Shown in pieces: positions 13,107 to 24,625 of a stretch of 64,000 bases of DNA; within the stretch, counting starts at the first letter, position 1; each line of letters opens with the position of its first letter. Both the position numbers and the translations under genes were made by a program. Below the pieces are notes generated by a model. It worked only from the letters and a program-made list of their open reading frames with translations. It was not told the origin of the DNA and did no database searches. The DNA is taken from assembly GCF_039654945.1 (NCBI RefSeq), contig NW_027361699.1:21018001-21082000 (forward strand), in the 5' to 3' direction. This DNA comes from Dendrobates tinctorius. Lineage: Eukaryota.

Positions 13107-13749
13107 CTGTAGGGATTATAAATGTTTACAAGTACAAATTATCAGTCAGAGTTCAGTCAAAAACCTCAAAAGAGGCTGTCAAATAAATGTAACAACTAAA
13201 CTACTTCTGAATCCTTCTAAGCTTCATTTAGCAAAAGAAAGTCTCTTTTCCCTGCATGAGTCATAATCAGAACTTCAATTCTACCTCCATGTCAAGGAGG
13301 AAAAAGTGGAGCAGCTGGGTCAGGAGTGGAAGAGGGTGAAGACTCATGCAGGGATAATAGACCTCTGTTTCTACATAGAGCTTAGAAGGATTCAGCTAGT
13401 CCACTTTTTAATCAGGTGATGTAATAGACCTAATGGAAAAGAGAAGAATTAGCTGGGTAGAAGGGCAAAATGAGCAATTCTAAGTGCACAGTGCTATATA
13501 TGGTGACTGATATATTAAGAGGATAAAAACTTTGATGATTAGGGTGCTTTTTTAAAACTGAAAAATAAGTTACGTGATTGAACGTGTTGGTAAAAAATCA
13601 TTGTATAAAGCAACAATTTCTATGCACTAAAAGATAAAGTAGCTCTAAATACATTTAAACTGAAAAGACCAATTACAAAAAAAAGAATAAAAGAAAAATT
13701 TTACATTTGGCAGAAATTAAGACAATGCATCTAATTAAAATGGGCTAAC

Positions 13750-13901
13750 CTGGAACTTCTTGTAAATATACAGCCTCTGTGATGGGCTCTGGGGCTGGGC
13801 TTACAGAAACCGGAGCTGGCGTTTCAGTAGTATTCAACACCTTAAAAGGAGTGGGCATGGCACCCATTTTAGCAAGTCTGTTGGGCGGCTCTTCTTTGGA
13901 A
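13750..13901 (-). CDS. tjp2: ZO-2 exon (PDZ2-PDZ3 linker)
   Basis: SKEEPPNRLAKMGAMPTPFKVLN...LQEVP; ttag / GTTAGC; 152 nt; MGAxPTPFK motif of ZO-2. Confidence 0.9.
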
Positions 13902-14477
13902 CTAAATGTAAGAAAGAAGAAAAAAATTCAGTTTAGTTAATTAAACACACAAGAACCTAAATTTACATTAACCAATTTTAATAGTGAAGATAACTGGAAA
14001 AAAGGAGATTTTTGTGTACTCACCGTAAAATCTCTTTCTCTTAGCCTCTAATTGGGGGACACAGAACCATGGGTGTTATGCTGCTGTCTACTAGGAGGCG
14101 ACACTATGCATAATCTGAAAAAGATTAACTTTGGCTCCTCCTCTGCATTATACACCCCTGGACGGCGTCAGCCTTCGCCTGCTTTGTGCAAAAGCATTAG
14201 GAGGAACATAACAGAAATAACAACCATGCCTGTAAGAAGGCTACTATGTATGAGCTCAAAAGAACAATATGAACTCAACCGTAACAACGGCCCATAAAGG
14301 CAACAGGGTGGGAGCTGTGTCCCCCCAATTAGAGACTAAAAGAAAAAGATTTTACGGTGAGTACACAAAAATCTCCTTTACTCTGTCGCCTCATTGGGGG
14401 ACACAGAACCATGGGACATCCCAAAGCAGTCCTTGGGTGGGAAGCAATGGACGAATATTGTGCTGACAGGTCCCTAA

Positions 14478-15500
14478 ACTTGGGGCACTACCGCCTGCAG
14501 AACCCGTCTACCCAGGCTCGCGTCCGCTGAGGACTAGGTATGAACTTTGTAGTGTTTTGTAAACGTGTGTAGGCTAGTCCAGGTGGCCGCCTTACACACT
14601 TGTTGTGCCGAAGCCTGGTGCCGAATGGCACAGGAGGCCCCTACCGCCCGCGTAGAATGTGCCGTGATACCAACTTGAAGAGGAGAGTTGTTAAGGCGGC
14701 AAGCCTCTTGTATGGTGGACTTGATCCACCTGGCAAGGGTAGCTTTGGAAGCCGGCAGACCCTTGCGAACGCCTTCCGGAAAAGGGAATCAGACTTCCGG
14801 AAGGGTGCAGTCCTAGACACGTATATACGCAATACCCTGACGAGGTCAAGCGTATGCAGAGCCTTCTCCACTCTATGAACCGGAAGCGGGCAAAGGGATG
14901 CCAGTGAAATTTCCTCATTGAGGTGGAAGTTGGACACAACCTTCGGAAGGAAGGATGGAACCGTACGGAGAATCACCTTGTCCTGGTGAAAGGCCATGAA
15001 AGGCCGTCTGCAGGAGAGTGCCGACAGTTCAGACACCCTGCGTAGCGAGGTGATTGCCACCAGAAAGACCACCTTCTGTGATAGAAGGCGGAGTGGGACT
15101 TCTTTAAGGGGTTCGAAAGGTGGTGCCTGCAATGCTGTCAGGACCAGGTTGAGGTCCCACGTCTCCAGTGGACGTCTGTAGGGGGGAACCAATTTTGAGA
15201 CCCCCTGGAGAAAAGTCCTCACTTGCGGCTTGTTAGCAATGCATCTCTGGAAAAACAGAGCGCTGACACTTGGCTCTTAAGCGAGCCCAGGGATAGCCTG
15301 GCGTCCAGGCCCGATTGAAGAAAACCAAAAACTTTTGGGAGGGAATAAGGGAGTGGGATCTGGCCACGGGATTTGCACCAGGTAAAGAAAGCTCTCCAGG
15401 TACGGTAATAGATCTTGGCGGAGGCTGGGTTCCGTGCCCTGATCATGGTTCTAATGACATCCGATGAGAACCCTGCCTGGGTTAGAACCCAGGTCTCAAG
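14478..15500 (-). pseudogene. DIRS tyrosine recombinase, frameshifted (copy 2)
   Basis: ITSLRRVSEL, FLPKV, LDLVR; HSTR and ATW..FTKHY in an adjacent frame near 14540-14665. Confidence 0.88.
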
Positions 15501-18500
15501 GGCCATGCCGTCAAATTGAGGGCCCCTGAGTTCTGGTGGAAGAACGGGACTTGTGACAAAAGATCGGGACGGTCGGGGAGACGCCAGGGGGCGTCTGCTG
15601 TAAGTTGTACGACGTCGGCGCACCATGTACGTCTGGGCCAGTCTGGCGCGATCAGGATGGTTGGAACTCCCTCTTGTTTGATCTTCCTCACGACTCTGGA
15701 TATCAGGGGAAGAGGTGGAAAAATGTACAGAAGCTGGAACTGGGTCCAGTCCTGAACCAGGGCATCTGCTCCGAGTGACCGCGGATCGCGTGTCCTGGCC
15801 ATGAAATTGGGGACCTTTGCATTGAGATGGGATGCCATTAGGTCCACGTCCGGGGTCCCCCAGCGATGGCAGATCTGGCGAAAAATTTCTGAATGGAGAG
15901 ACCACTCCCCCGAGTCCATGCCTTGTCTGCTGAGGAAGTCGGCTTCCCAGTTGTCCACACCCGGGATGTGGACCGCAGAGAGTACTGACCTCGTGTCTTC
16001 CACCAAGTGGAGGATATGTGCCACTTCTCTCATCGCCTGGGTACTGTGGGTCCCGCCTTGGTGATTCACATATGCCACCGCCGTGGCATTGTCCGACTGT
16101 ACTCTGATATGAGAGGCTGCCAGTAATTGACGAAAAGTTCTCAATGCCAGGAAGATGGCCCGAATTTCCAGGATGTTGATGGGCATGTTCGGTTCCACTG
16201 GTGACCACTTGCCCTGTGCTTTGTGACGTAGGTGCACCGCACCCCAACCAGTCAGGCTCGTGTCGGTGGTCAGGACCTTCCATTGACCTGAGAGAAAGGA
16301 TTTTCCCATTGCAAGCGAGGTTGGCTTGAGCCACCAGTGTAGGGACCTCCTGGTTGCCGATGTTAGCCAGAACTCCCTGTCGAGGGAGAAAGGATTCCTG
16401 TCCCAGGACTTGAGGATGGCTAGTTGAAGAGGCCTGAGGTGAAACTGGGCAAATGGTACCGCCTCCATTGCTGCTGCCATCCTGCCGAGTACTCTCATGG
16501 CAAACCGGAGAGATCGGGGGGAATTGCGGAGAAGTATGCGGAGAGCCAGTGCCTTGTCCCTGGGAAGGAGCACCAGACCTCTGGAGGTGTGGAATAACAT
16601 CCCCAGGAAGGTCAGAGACTGACTCGGGGTAGTTGATGACTTTTGTAAGTTGACTAACCAGCCCAGGGTGTCAATAGTGATTGAGACGCTGACCTCGCAA
16701 TCCTTGAAAGTGGAAGCCTTGATGAGAAGGTTGTCCAGGTATGGAACGACTACAATGCCTCTGGAGTGTAGAACGTCCATGGTGGCTGCCATGATCTTGG
16801 TAAACGTTCTGGGAGCCGTGGAGAGTCCGAACAGGAGAGCCACAAACTGGTAGTGGTCCTGGTTGATTGCGAATATGAGAAATCTCTGATGGGTGGGAGC
16901 AATCGGTATATGTAGGTATGCGCCTTGTAGGTCTATGGAGGCGAGATATTCTCCCTTCTCCAAGGACGCAATGATTGACTGAAGGGACTCCATGCGAAAA
17001 TGACGAACCCGAACATACTTGTTGAGTTGTTTTAGGTCTAGTATGGGCCGAACGCTGCCTCCCTTCTTGGGGACTACAAACAGATTGGAGTAGAACCCTC
17101 GGAAGCGCTCTTCTGCAGGAACCGGTACTATGACTCCTGCCTGAAGGAGGGAGGAAACAGCTTGATGGAAGGCATGAGCCTTGTCTGGCGGTTTTGGGGG
17201 AACAGAGAGGAAGAACCGGTTCGGTGGGCTGGAAGCGAACTCGATCTTGTATTCGGAAGACACTATTTTCTTGACCCACCTGTCTTCTGTAATAGGCAGC
17301 CAGACCTGCTGAAAGAGTAGCAGTCGTCCGCCTACGGGTGGGGTGTCTTCCGGAATTTGAGAGTCATGAAGAGGAGAAAGTGTGAATTTTCCTCCTTTGG
17401 GCTTTGCCTGGCCTGCTTTTGACTGCCAGGTCCTGTCCGGCCTCTGCGAAGCCCGTGGGTTGTCTCTGCACGGAGAGCGGTTACAATTTTGTGCTGGGCA
17501 CGAGACGGACCAGCCCGAAAAATTCTGAAAGAATCGGAATCGAGTTTGGTTACGCCTTTTGAACGTGCGTTTAAGTTTTAGTTGAGTGAGAGAGGTACTC
17601 TTACCCCCAGTGGCATTGGATATCATTTTGTCCAACTTTTCACCGAAAAACCGCCCACTGAGGTACGGGAGATGCGTGAGGGACTTATTTGAGGCCGCGT
17701 CCGCTTTCCATTCCCGCAGCCAGAGGATACGCCGGATCGTGATGGCGTTTGATACTATTCCCGCTACACTTCTTGCGGAATCCAGAGCTGCATGAAGCAT
17801 GTAATCTGCTACCACCGCTATTTGAACCACCTGGTCTGACAGCTCAGGATTTGAGGCTTGGAGGCCAGCCTGCAATTTTTTGGCCCAAGCCAGAATGGCC
17901 TTAGCCGCCCAGACTGAAGCGAATGCGGGAGCCAGAGAGGCCCCTGCCGCTTCGAAGATTGAACGAGCCATGCGTTCTACCTGCCGGTCTGCTGCGTCCC
18001 TGAGGGTTGAGCTATCTGGCAGTGAGAGGAGGGTCTGTGCTGCTAGCCTAGAGACTGGGGGGTCCACTTCGGGTGGATCTGTCCACTCCTTGGTGTCCTT
18101 CTGTGGAAAGGGGTACCTTGCTTCCAGATATTTTCGATTGGCGAATTTCTTCTCAGGCTGCGAAAACTGCTTAGTAAGTATCGCCTGAAATTCCAGGTGA
18201 TTAGAGAAGACCTTAGGTGGTTTTAGAACACTTTCAAAAGAAATTGTGTGTTCTGGGACTTCCGGGGGTGGATCAGAAATGTCCAGCACCTGATGGATGG
18301 AAGAAATTACGTCCTCAACTAGCGCCGTATTGCTCGGGGGGCCAGGGGCCAGAGACCTCTCCGTTTCGTTGTCTGAGTCGGAGTCACAGATGCCTTCCGA
18401 TTCCTGCATGTCGCTAAGGCGTTCCCTGGTGGGCGAACTGGGGCGGAGGTCATCTGTGGTCGGGGATCGCTGTGGAGATCTGCGTTGTCTGTCTCTGTTA

Positions 18501-18925
18501 GGGGACAGTCTAGGTGACCTGGAACCACGGTGTCTCTCCCTGGAGGGTGATGACCGTGTGCTATGGGATGACGAGGATGAACGCGACCTGTGGGTCCGCT
18601 TACATCTGTGAGTGTCGGAAACGGCATGTCCTTGACACGAGCTGTCCCTTTGCTGGGAAACGTTCATAGCCAAGGCATGGCCTTGCAGAGCCTGGAGTAG
18701 TGTGGAGGTTAGGTTAGGTGTCATAGACTGCGACATCTGAGTAGCCCATTCCAGCATGGTAGCCGGTGCTGAAGCAATGGTAGGGGCTTCTTGGGGCTCT
18801 GACCCAGTATTTTGGATACAATCCCGGCAGTGAGGGTATGTGCTGCCACTGGGGAGAGTGGTTTTGCAGGCTGTGCAGAAAGCATAAAAGCAGTCCTGCC
18901 TGGTTCTCTTCCTTGAGCCCGGCAT
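15482..18925 (-). CDS. DIRS gag + RT + RNase H + methyltransferase-like, a single 1147-aa ORF (RT motif YLDN)
   Basis: CTAC..CRDC, VDPPVSRL, LWLREW (gag); RPILDLK, LLFGL, YLDN (RT); TDTS..GWG, INILE, SDN (RNase H); DVDLMAS, YIFPP (MT). Confidence 0.88.
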   Translation of the reverse strand: MPGSRKRTRQDCFYAFCTACKTTLPSGSTYPHCRDCIQNTGSEPQEAPTIASAPATMLEWATQMSQSMTPNLTSTLLQALQGHALAMNVSQQRDSSCQGHAVSDTHRCKRTHRSRSSSSSHSTRSSPSRERHRGSRSPRLSPNRDRQRRSPQRSPTTDDLRPSSPTRERLSDMQESEGICDSDSDNETERSLAPGPPSNTALVEDVISSIHQVLDISDPPPEVPEHTISFESVLKPPKVFSNHLEFQAILTKQFSQPEKKFANRKYLEARYPFPQKDTKEWTDPPEVDPPVSRLAAQTLLSLPDSSTLRDAADRQVERMARSIFEAAGASLAPAFASVWAAKAILAWAKKLQAGLQASNPELSDQVVQIAVVADYMLHAALDSARSVAGIVSNAITIRRILWLREWKADAASNKSLTHLPYLSGRFFGEKLDKMISNATGGKSTSLTQLKLKRTFKRRNQTRFRFFQNFSGWSVSCPAQNCNRSPCRDNPRASQRPDRTWQSKAGQAKPKGGKFTLSPLHDSQIPEDTPPVGGRLLLFQQVWLPITEDRWVKKIVSSEYKIEFASSPPNRFFLSVPPKPPDKAHAFHQAVSSLLQAGVIVPVPAEERFRGFYSNLFVVPKKGGSVRPILDLKQLNKYVRVRHFRMESLQSIIASLEKGEYLASIDLQGAYLHIPIAPTHQRFLIFAINQDHYQFVALLFGLSTAPRTFTKIMAATMDVLHSRGIVVVPYLDNLLIKASTFKDCEVSVSITIDTLGWLVNLQKSSTTPSQSLTFLGMLFHTSRGLVLLPRDKALALRILLRNSPRSLRFAMRVLGRMAAAMEAVPFAQFHLRPLQLAILKSWDRNPFSLDREFWLTSATRRSLHWWLKPTSLAMGKSFLSGQWKVLTTDTSLTGWGAVHLRHKAQGKWSPVEPNMPINILEIRAIFLALRTFRQLLAASHIRVQSDNATAVAYVNHQGGTHSTQAMREVAHILHLVEDTRSVLSAVHIPGVDNWEADFLSRQGMDSGEWSLHSEIFRQICHRWGTPDVDLMASHLNAKVPNFMARTRDPRSLGADALVQDWTQFQLLYIFPPLPLISRVVRKIKQEGVPTILIAPDWPRRTWCADVVQLTADAPWRLPDRPDLLSQVPFFHQNSGALNLTAWPLRPGF

Positions 18926-20682
18926 AGTGCACAGAGGCTGGCTAGCAGAGGACCCTACAGGGCTGGCTACGCAGAGGAAATCTATAGGAGAGCCTTATAG
19001 GTAATATGGATTCACAGCCGAGTAGAGAATCCAGCTGTGATCTTACCCCACCAGTCCAGGTCCAGCGCCGACAATTCACAGTCCTGTGCTCCCCGGAGAC
19101 TGCTGACGTCACAGACAGCGTCTGCTGCAGCGAAGATGGCCGCCGAGAAGACGAGGAGGAAGAAGAAGGGGGCGGAGAGCTGAAAAAGAGCGCGCAGGGC
19201 TATGTAAAAACGTGCCCTTTCTGCCTCGATCCTCTCCTTCTATGACACTGTAGTGTCATATTCGTCATCCGGGGGGCAGGCCGGGGGGTGGGGAGGAGGC
19301 GGCGGCTTCAGCTAGGCCGAAGCTGCGGTCTAAATTAGACGCCTGATGCCCAGAAGGGCTCCAGGCCGGCGCGAATGTCCGGGAGGGGGTCGGATCTGAA
19401 CCAGACCCTTCCGGATTGAGAGGCAGGATAGCAGTGGGGCTAGCAGCAGTAACAGGGCCATGTGAGGGGTCCCCCTGAGGCGCTATGGAGCTGATGCTGC
19501 CGCAGAGACAGGGGCGCAGGGAGCCCTGTCTCTATGTGCCACGTCTGCCTGCACTCTCCCCCGGCCCCAACAGGAGCCCGCAGCAGGGCTGGGGTCCCTG
19601 GCTGTTTAAGTTGCAGAATGCTGCCTTGTACCGACCCTACCTGAGGCGTCTCAACCTAATGCCCCCAGAGGGGGATTAGGGAGGGTGCGTCTGTCACCAT
19701 CAGGGGTCTTCATCCTCGCCTCGACCTCAACCCAGACCCCAAAGGGATTGGGGAAGGAGGGGGGTCTCGACTTCGAACCAGTACCCGAGGGACTGGGGAA
19801 GGAGCGACATGGGGAATAGCCATCTCAACTTCAACCGGGCACCCCATAATAGGGGGCCGAGGAAGGAGCCATGCCGGGAGTCTCGCTGGAGACCCACTTT
19901 TCTTCATCTGTAATCCGTCGGAAAAAAATAAAATCTTTAGGTGTGCCTCCTTGCGACACTAAGCAAAAACTGGAGAAGGCTTACGCCATCCAGGGGTGTA
20001 TACTGCAGAGGAGGAGCCAAAGTTAATCTTTTTCAGATTATGCATAGTGTCGCCTCCTAGTAGACAGCAGCATAACACCCATGGTTCTGTGTCCCCTAAT
20101 GAGGCGACCGAGTAAAGGGGAAAAATACATCAGCTTTAACCTAAGGTGTAATAGTGATATTTAATTGTATCTTAACCCATTCCCGTAATAGGACGTAAAT
20201 TTATGCCCTCAGCAGGGGTAAACGTGTGGAGGAATTTTAAGAGGAGCCGATCTCCCTCTACATTCAGTAGATATGGCAATACTATATAGCCAAAAATCAC
20301 TAAAGATGTCACCGGTGAGTCAGTGTGTTACCTATACACTATACACAGAGCTCCTGTGTATGTCACTGGTGATCACTGTATTACTTGTAAACTGTAAAGT
20401 ATATACGGAGCTCTTGTGTATAATGCCACTGGTGATAACAAGTAGAAACTGGGGAAAAAAAAAGCGCAATAGGGTCTTATCCAATGACATTGGGGTGTCA
20501 GGAAAAGGTGGAGATACACACCTTGCTGAGTTGCTAGATAGCAACACACAAACGGCATGTAAAAGCTGCTGCACAGATACCAGTCGAGAAGACGACTATA
20601 GGTATAAAAGGAAGACAAACGGAGGTATCACTTATGCGCTGCTGAGAAGAAAAATCCTTAGAATAAATATATTTATTGGAGC

Positions 20683-22807
20683 CAGGGATGTGGAGTCAGA
20701 GTCGTGGAGTCGGAGCTCATTTTGGTGGAGTTGGAGACGGTGTAAAATGGACCGACTCCGACTCCTAAAATATATAATAAATTGGGTACAATAGCTCAAT
20801 GCAGAATGTGCTGAATATTTTTTCATAGGAATTTGGGAAAGTTATGAAATGTCCTATAAAAGGCTGTTCTATTCCTGATCAAAGGCTATATTCTCACACA
20901 GCGTTTTTGCGGCGTTTTTTGAGGATACGTTTTTCAGCTGCAAAAGCAGATCAGCTTTTTAAAAAAACCGCATCACCTGAAAGGTTTTTGAGCTCATAGC
21001 TAATGTTTTCAATAGCAAAAGCAGATTAGAAAAACGCCACACAAACCGACATGCTCATGATTCAGCCCAAAAATGGATCCTCACAAAACAATGTGTCTGA
21101 ATGTCATATCTTGAAACCCATTGACTTTGCTGGGATGCCCAGAGTCACTGCATTTTACTGCAAAAAACAGATCCGCAAAAACGCTGTGGGTGAATCATGG
21201 ACTTAGCCAGCGAGGGGCAGGGGGGGCAGCTCACCGCCCCTAGAAGCAGGGGAACGCACCTATCAAAACTCACTTGTATGCTGCAGTGCTCCCGTCCTGC
21301 ACCGGCTCCAGACTGCAGGAGGCAATCTCCCCTCCTCTATCCTGTCTTCTGCCGTCTTCAGAGAGAGGAGGGTGAGGGGTGCCTGCCCTGCACAGGATCC
21401 GATTCCTGGGCCCCGAGCTGGAGAAAGTGAGAAAGTTGTGCACACGCTACAGCTGGCAATAAGAGATAGTCTGCAAGAGGGACATGCTGGAAATCTGATT
21501 GGAAAAGTGAGGAAATTGGTTATTGCCGCCAGAACCCCTAAAATTGATTCCATCTTGAAGAGACGTGCTGGGAAAGGGGCAATTGTCGATCAAGCCACTC
21601 GGTGGGGCAGCACTTGTTTAATGATTGAGCGATTGCTTGAACTAAAACCGTTTCTTATAGATAAGGTAACCCTGAATGAAGGTCAATGGACACAGGTGGC
21701 TGAATTGCTTAATCACCCATTTACCATGACCTAAAAAATCACAAGCTGAGGATTTAACTCCTGGCATTTTCATAAGGGAGTAGAAGAACTTGCCATTTTG
21801 CCTGTCCCAAAGAGGTTTAATCGCAGATGGCATTTCTGCTTCAATGAAACAGAGAGAGACACAGCTACTGGAAAATAACATTTTTCTGGCAGCTGTTTAT
21901 GTGGACCCAAGTCATCATATACTGCTTGATGAGCAAAAGCTTACTAAAGGAAAAGAAGCTCTGATTGAGGTAGCAGTTAGGATGAGTGGCCTACAAGAGG
22001 ACTGCTGGCGCAAGAGGCCGGGTCCTGACAGTGCTACTGCTGCTATATCTTCATCCTCATCAGATGAGGCGTTTGACTGACAAGTATTTGGATGACACGG
22101 AGCAGGCGAAGCGTTGCCGCAAGGAAAAAGATTTCACACCGTCTCCTATAGCAAGCAGATTGACCATATTTCAGCAAAATGTTTCACTTGCTCTCAAAGA
22201 AATAGAAAAATTCAACTGTTCATCAAAACTGACTGTGCATGAGGCAATTCCTTTATACCCAGAAATTGTTAGAGATGTTCCCATGTGGTTACGGCTTTGC
22301 CTCCAACCCAAGTTAGTGTAGAGAGGTTGTTCTCTGGCCTTAAAATTATTAGGCCAGATTTGAGGTCATCTATGAAGGAGGATCTGATGGAGGCAATGCC
22401 ATTTCTTAGAACAAATTCATAGACTGCACAAATGTTATTTAGTATGTTTTTGTTGAAAACTGTTTTTTGCCACTTACATAGTTTATTACAATATATATAT
22501 ATATATATACATACACACACACACACAGTATATACATATATACATACACATACATACACACAATATATATGTAATCGATATTACATCGTGTATTACATAT
22601 TTACAATTTATTACACTTTTTTGTGTTCTAAAGTTGTATTCCAATAAATATATATTATGTTCTATCTAAATATCTTGATTATTGTATCATAAAAATTATT
22701 AAAATGTCTGATGTTCACATTGTACTACAATAAATTTTTCACTTAAATATAAGCAATATATGTGGGAGTCGGAGTCGCAGGTTTGGCTTACCGACTCCAC
22801 AGCCCTG
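20683..22807 (+). mobile_element. hAT DNA transposon with decayed transposase
   Basis: TIRs cagggatgtggagtc / gactccacagccctg; 8-bp TSD attggagc / attggaac; HTLQLAI, DQATRWGST, PPTQVSVERLFS hAT motifs at 21430-22420. Confidence 0.92.
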
Positions 22808-22824
22808 ATTGGAACAGGTTAAAA

Positions 22825-22866
22825 GTCAACGCTTTTCAAGATCACGCAGGACCTCTTCATCAGGAC
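22825..22866 (-). ncRNA. minimal type I hammerhead ribozyme motif
   Basis: GTC-CTGATGA-A-GAGGTC-ctgcgt-GATCTT-GAAA-agcg-TT-GAC. Confidence 0.7.
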
Positions 22867-22879
22867 CAAACCAGGATTT

Positions 22880-22921
22880 GTCCTAATGAAGAGGTCCTGC
22901 GTGACCTCGAAACGCGTTGAC
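22880..22921 (+). ncRNA. minimal type I hammerhead motif with G5A core change
   Basis: GTC-CTAATGA-A-GAGGTC-ctgcgt-GACCTC-GAAA-CGCG-TT-GAC. Confidence 0.7.
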
Positions 22922-23009
22922 TTTTAACCTGTTCCAATAAATAGTTTTATTCTAAGGATTTTTCCTCTCAGCAGCGCATAAGATACCTCCGTTCGTCTTC
23001 CTTTTATAC

Positions 23010-23320
23010 TGGTGATAACTGTATTACCTTTACACTATATACAAAGCTCCTTATATAAGGTCATTGGTGAACATTTTATTACTTGTACACTATATGCTAT
23101 ATACAGAGCTCCTGTGCATAATGTCACCGGTGATCACTGCATTACCTGTGCACTATGCATTACATACAGATGTATAATGTCACTGGTGATCACTGTATTA
23201 CTTGTACACTGACAATAAATATAGAGCTCCTGTGTACGTCACGGTGATCACTTTATTACGTGTACACTGACACTATACACTGTGCACTATATACAAAGCT
23301 CCTGTGTATAATGGCACTTA
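23010..23320. repeat. ~60-bp degenerate minisatellite (continues from 20305-20439)
   Basis: Repeated tatacagagctcctgtgtataatgtcactggtgatcactgtattac. Confidence 0.8.
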
Positions 23321-24238
23321 TAGTAAAATTATTGTTTTTTTTTTAATGATCAGTATTGTAGTATTCAGCACTATGTGGTGGTAATATGTGGTCTGGCAGT
23401 ATTTGTCCCTTGTATGTGGGATCATTATTCATTTTCAAAAATGTATGCAACACATTCCCTTAAAGAAACAAAAATATACCTAAAAAGAGTATTGGATATT
23501 TTAACAAATGTGTAATAGGTTAGAGTAGACTAGTGGCCGGCCAGAAGAGTCTACCTAGTCATGGTGGAAGCTTTAAAAAAAAAAAAAAAAAAAATCTTTT
23601 AGCCAAAACAAAAGCTGCTGGCTCTGTATGTGATCTGGTGTCAGATGGGAACTGATGTGTGATTGGTGAGGACATGGTGCAGAAGTGGAGTTTTTCCATG
23701 AGTGGGCCGGTGGGTGGGACTGTTAAAGATTCGATGGTTGGAGCCTGGGGGGAGTCTCAAGGGGGTACTAAAATTTTGCCAGTATGGTGCCCCGAAATTC
23801 CTGGTGGCAGCCCTGATTAAGGGTCTTGGAGGCACAAATAAAAAAATAAAATAAATAATAATGTAATGATTTTATTTTCATCAATAAAATAGTAAGAAAA
23901 AAAACTGGAAATGTTTGGTAACCCTATAATAGTACTGATGAGGAGAATAATATTGTGAGGTAATTTTTACCACACAATGTACGGCGTATAAACAATTCCC
24001 CCAAAAAAATTCACAAATTTCACAAATTCACCACAATTGGAATTTATTTCCCATTTCCCGGTACACTATATGGCAAAATGAATGGTGTCATTTAAATTTA
24101 CAACTCATTTCCGCAAGAAAACAAGTCCTCATAGGTCTATGTGGACAGAACAATCAAAAAATATGAAAGAAGACGAGGAAAAATAAACACCAAAACAGAA
24201 ACTGACTGTGTAGGAAAGGGGTTAAAAAATAAATCGAA

Positions 24239-24625
24239 GGCAACTATCAGACTAGCGTTCGGAGACACAGCGCAGGGCCGCCACTAAGCTCCGCCCCCGG
24301 CTGCACCTCCTCCGATCAGCTCCTCCTCTGGGCACATGACGCTGCATGCAATCAGCGTATCCTATATTTAGCGTTGGGTACGCTGGCCGTGCGCTGAGAT
24401 GATTTTGGTGCTGCGCCGAGCGCACAAAAATGAAAAAAATGTGTTTTTGTGCGCTCGGCACAGCACCAGCGCACAGCCAGCGTACCCAACGCTAAATATA
24501 GGGTATGCTGATCGCATGCAGCTCCATGCAATCATAGGAGGAGCTGACCGGAGGAGGCGCGGCCGGGAGCAGAGCTTAGCGGCGGCCCTGCGCTGCGCCT
24601 CCGAACGCTAGTCTGAAAGTAGCCC
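24239..24625. mobile_element. palindromic Tourist-like MITE
   Basis: cagactagcgttcggag ... ctccgaacgctagtctg; arms complementary over most of the length. Confidence 0.75.

Larger units (their letters stand above)
14001..20116 (-). mobile_element. DIRS1-like retrotransposon, copy 2 (full length)
   Basis: ITRs ~14051-14176 / ~19975-20100; ICR 14313-14416 with junction atctcc-TTT-actctgtcgcc; AAA at 14001-14003 and 20114-20116. Confidence 0.97.
20440..23007 (-). mobile_element. Penelope-derived fold-back insertion (inverted pLTR remnant) with 12-bp TSD, interrupted by a hAT element
   Basis: ACTGGTGATAAC at 20428-20439 and 23008-23019; 20602-20680 + 22813-22866 is the reverse complement of 22880-23009; hammerhead motif followed by AATAAA. 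Confidence 0.78.

Noticed and set aside
13970-14003. Pyrimidine tract plus ccag at the DIRS copy 2 target site as an alternative acceptor or micro-exon
   Set aside because: In the incoming phase it reads T TAT CTT CAC TAT TAA (stop); no support as coding
20273-20794. 173-aa ORF
   Set aside because: Crosses minisatellite, Penelope tail and hAT TIR junctions; chance ORF
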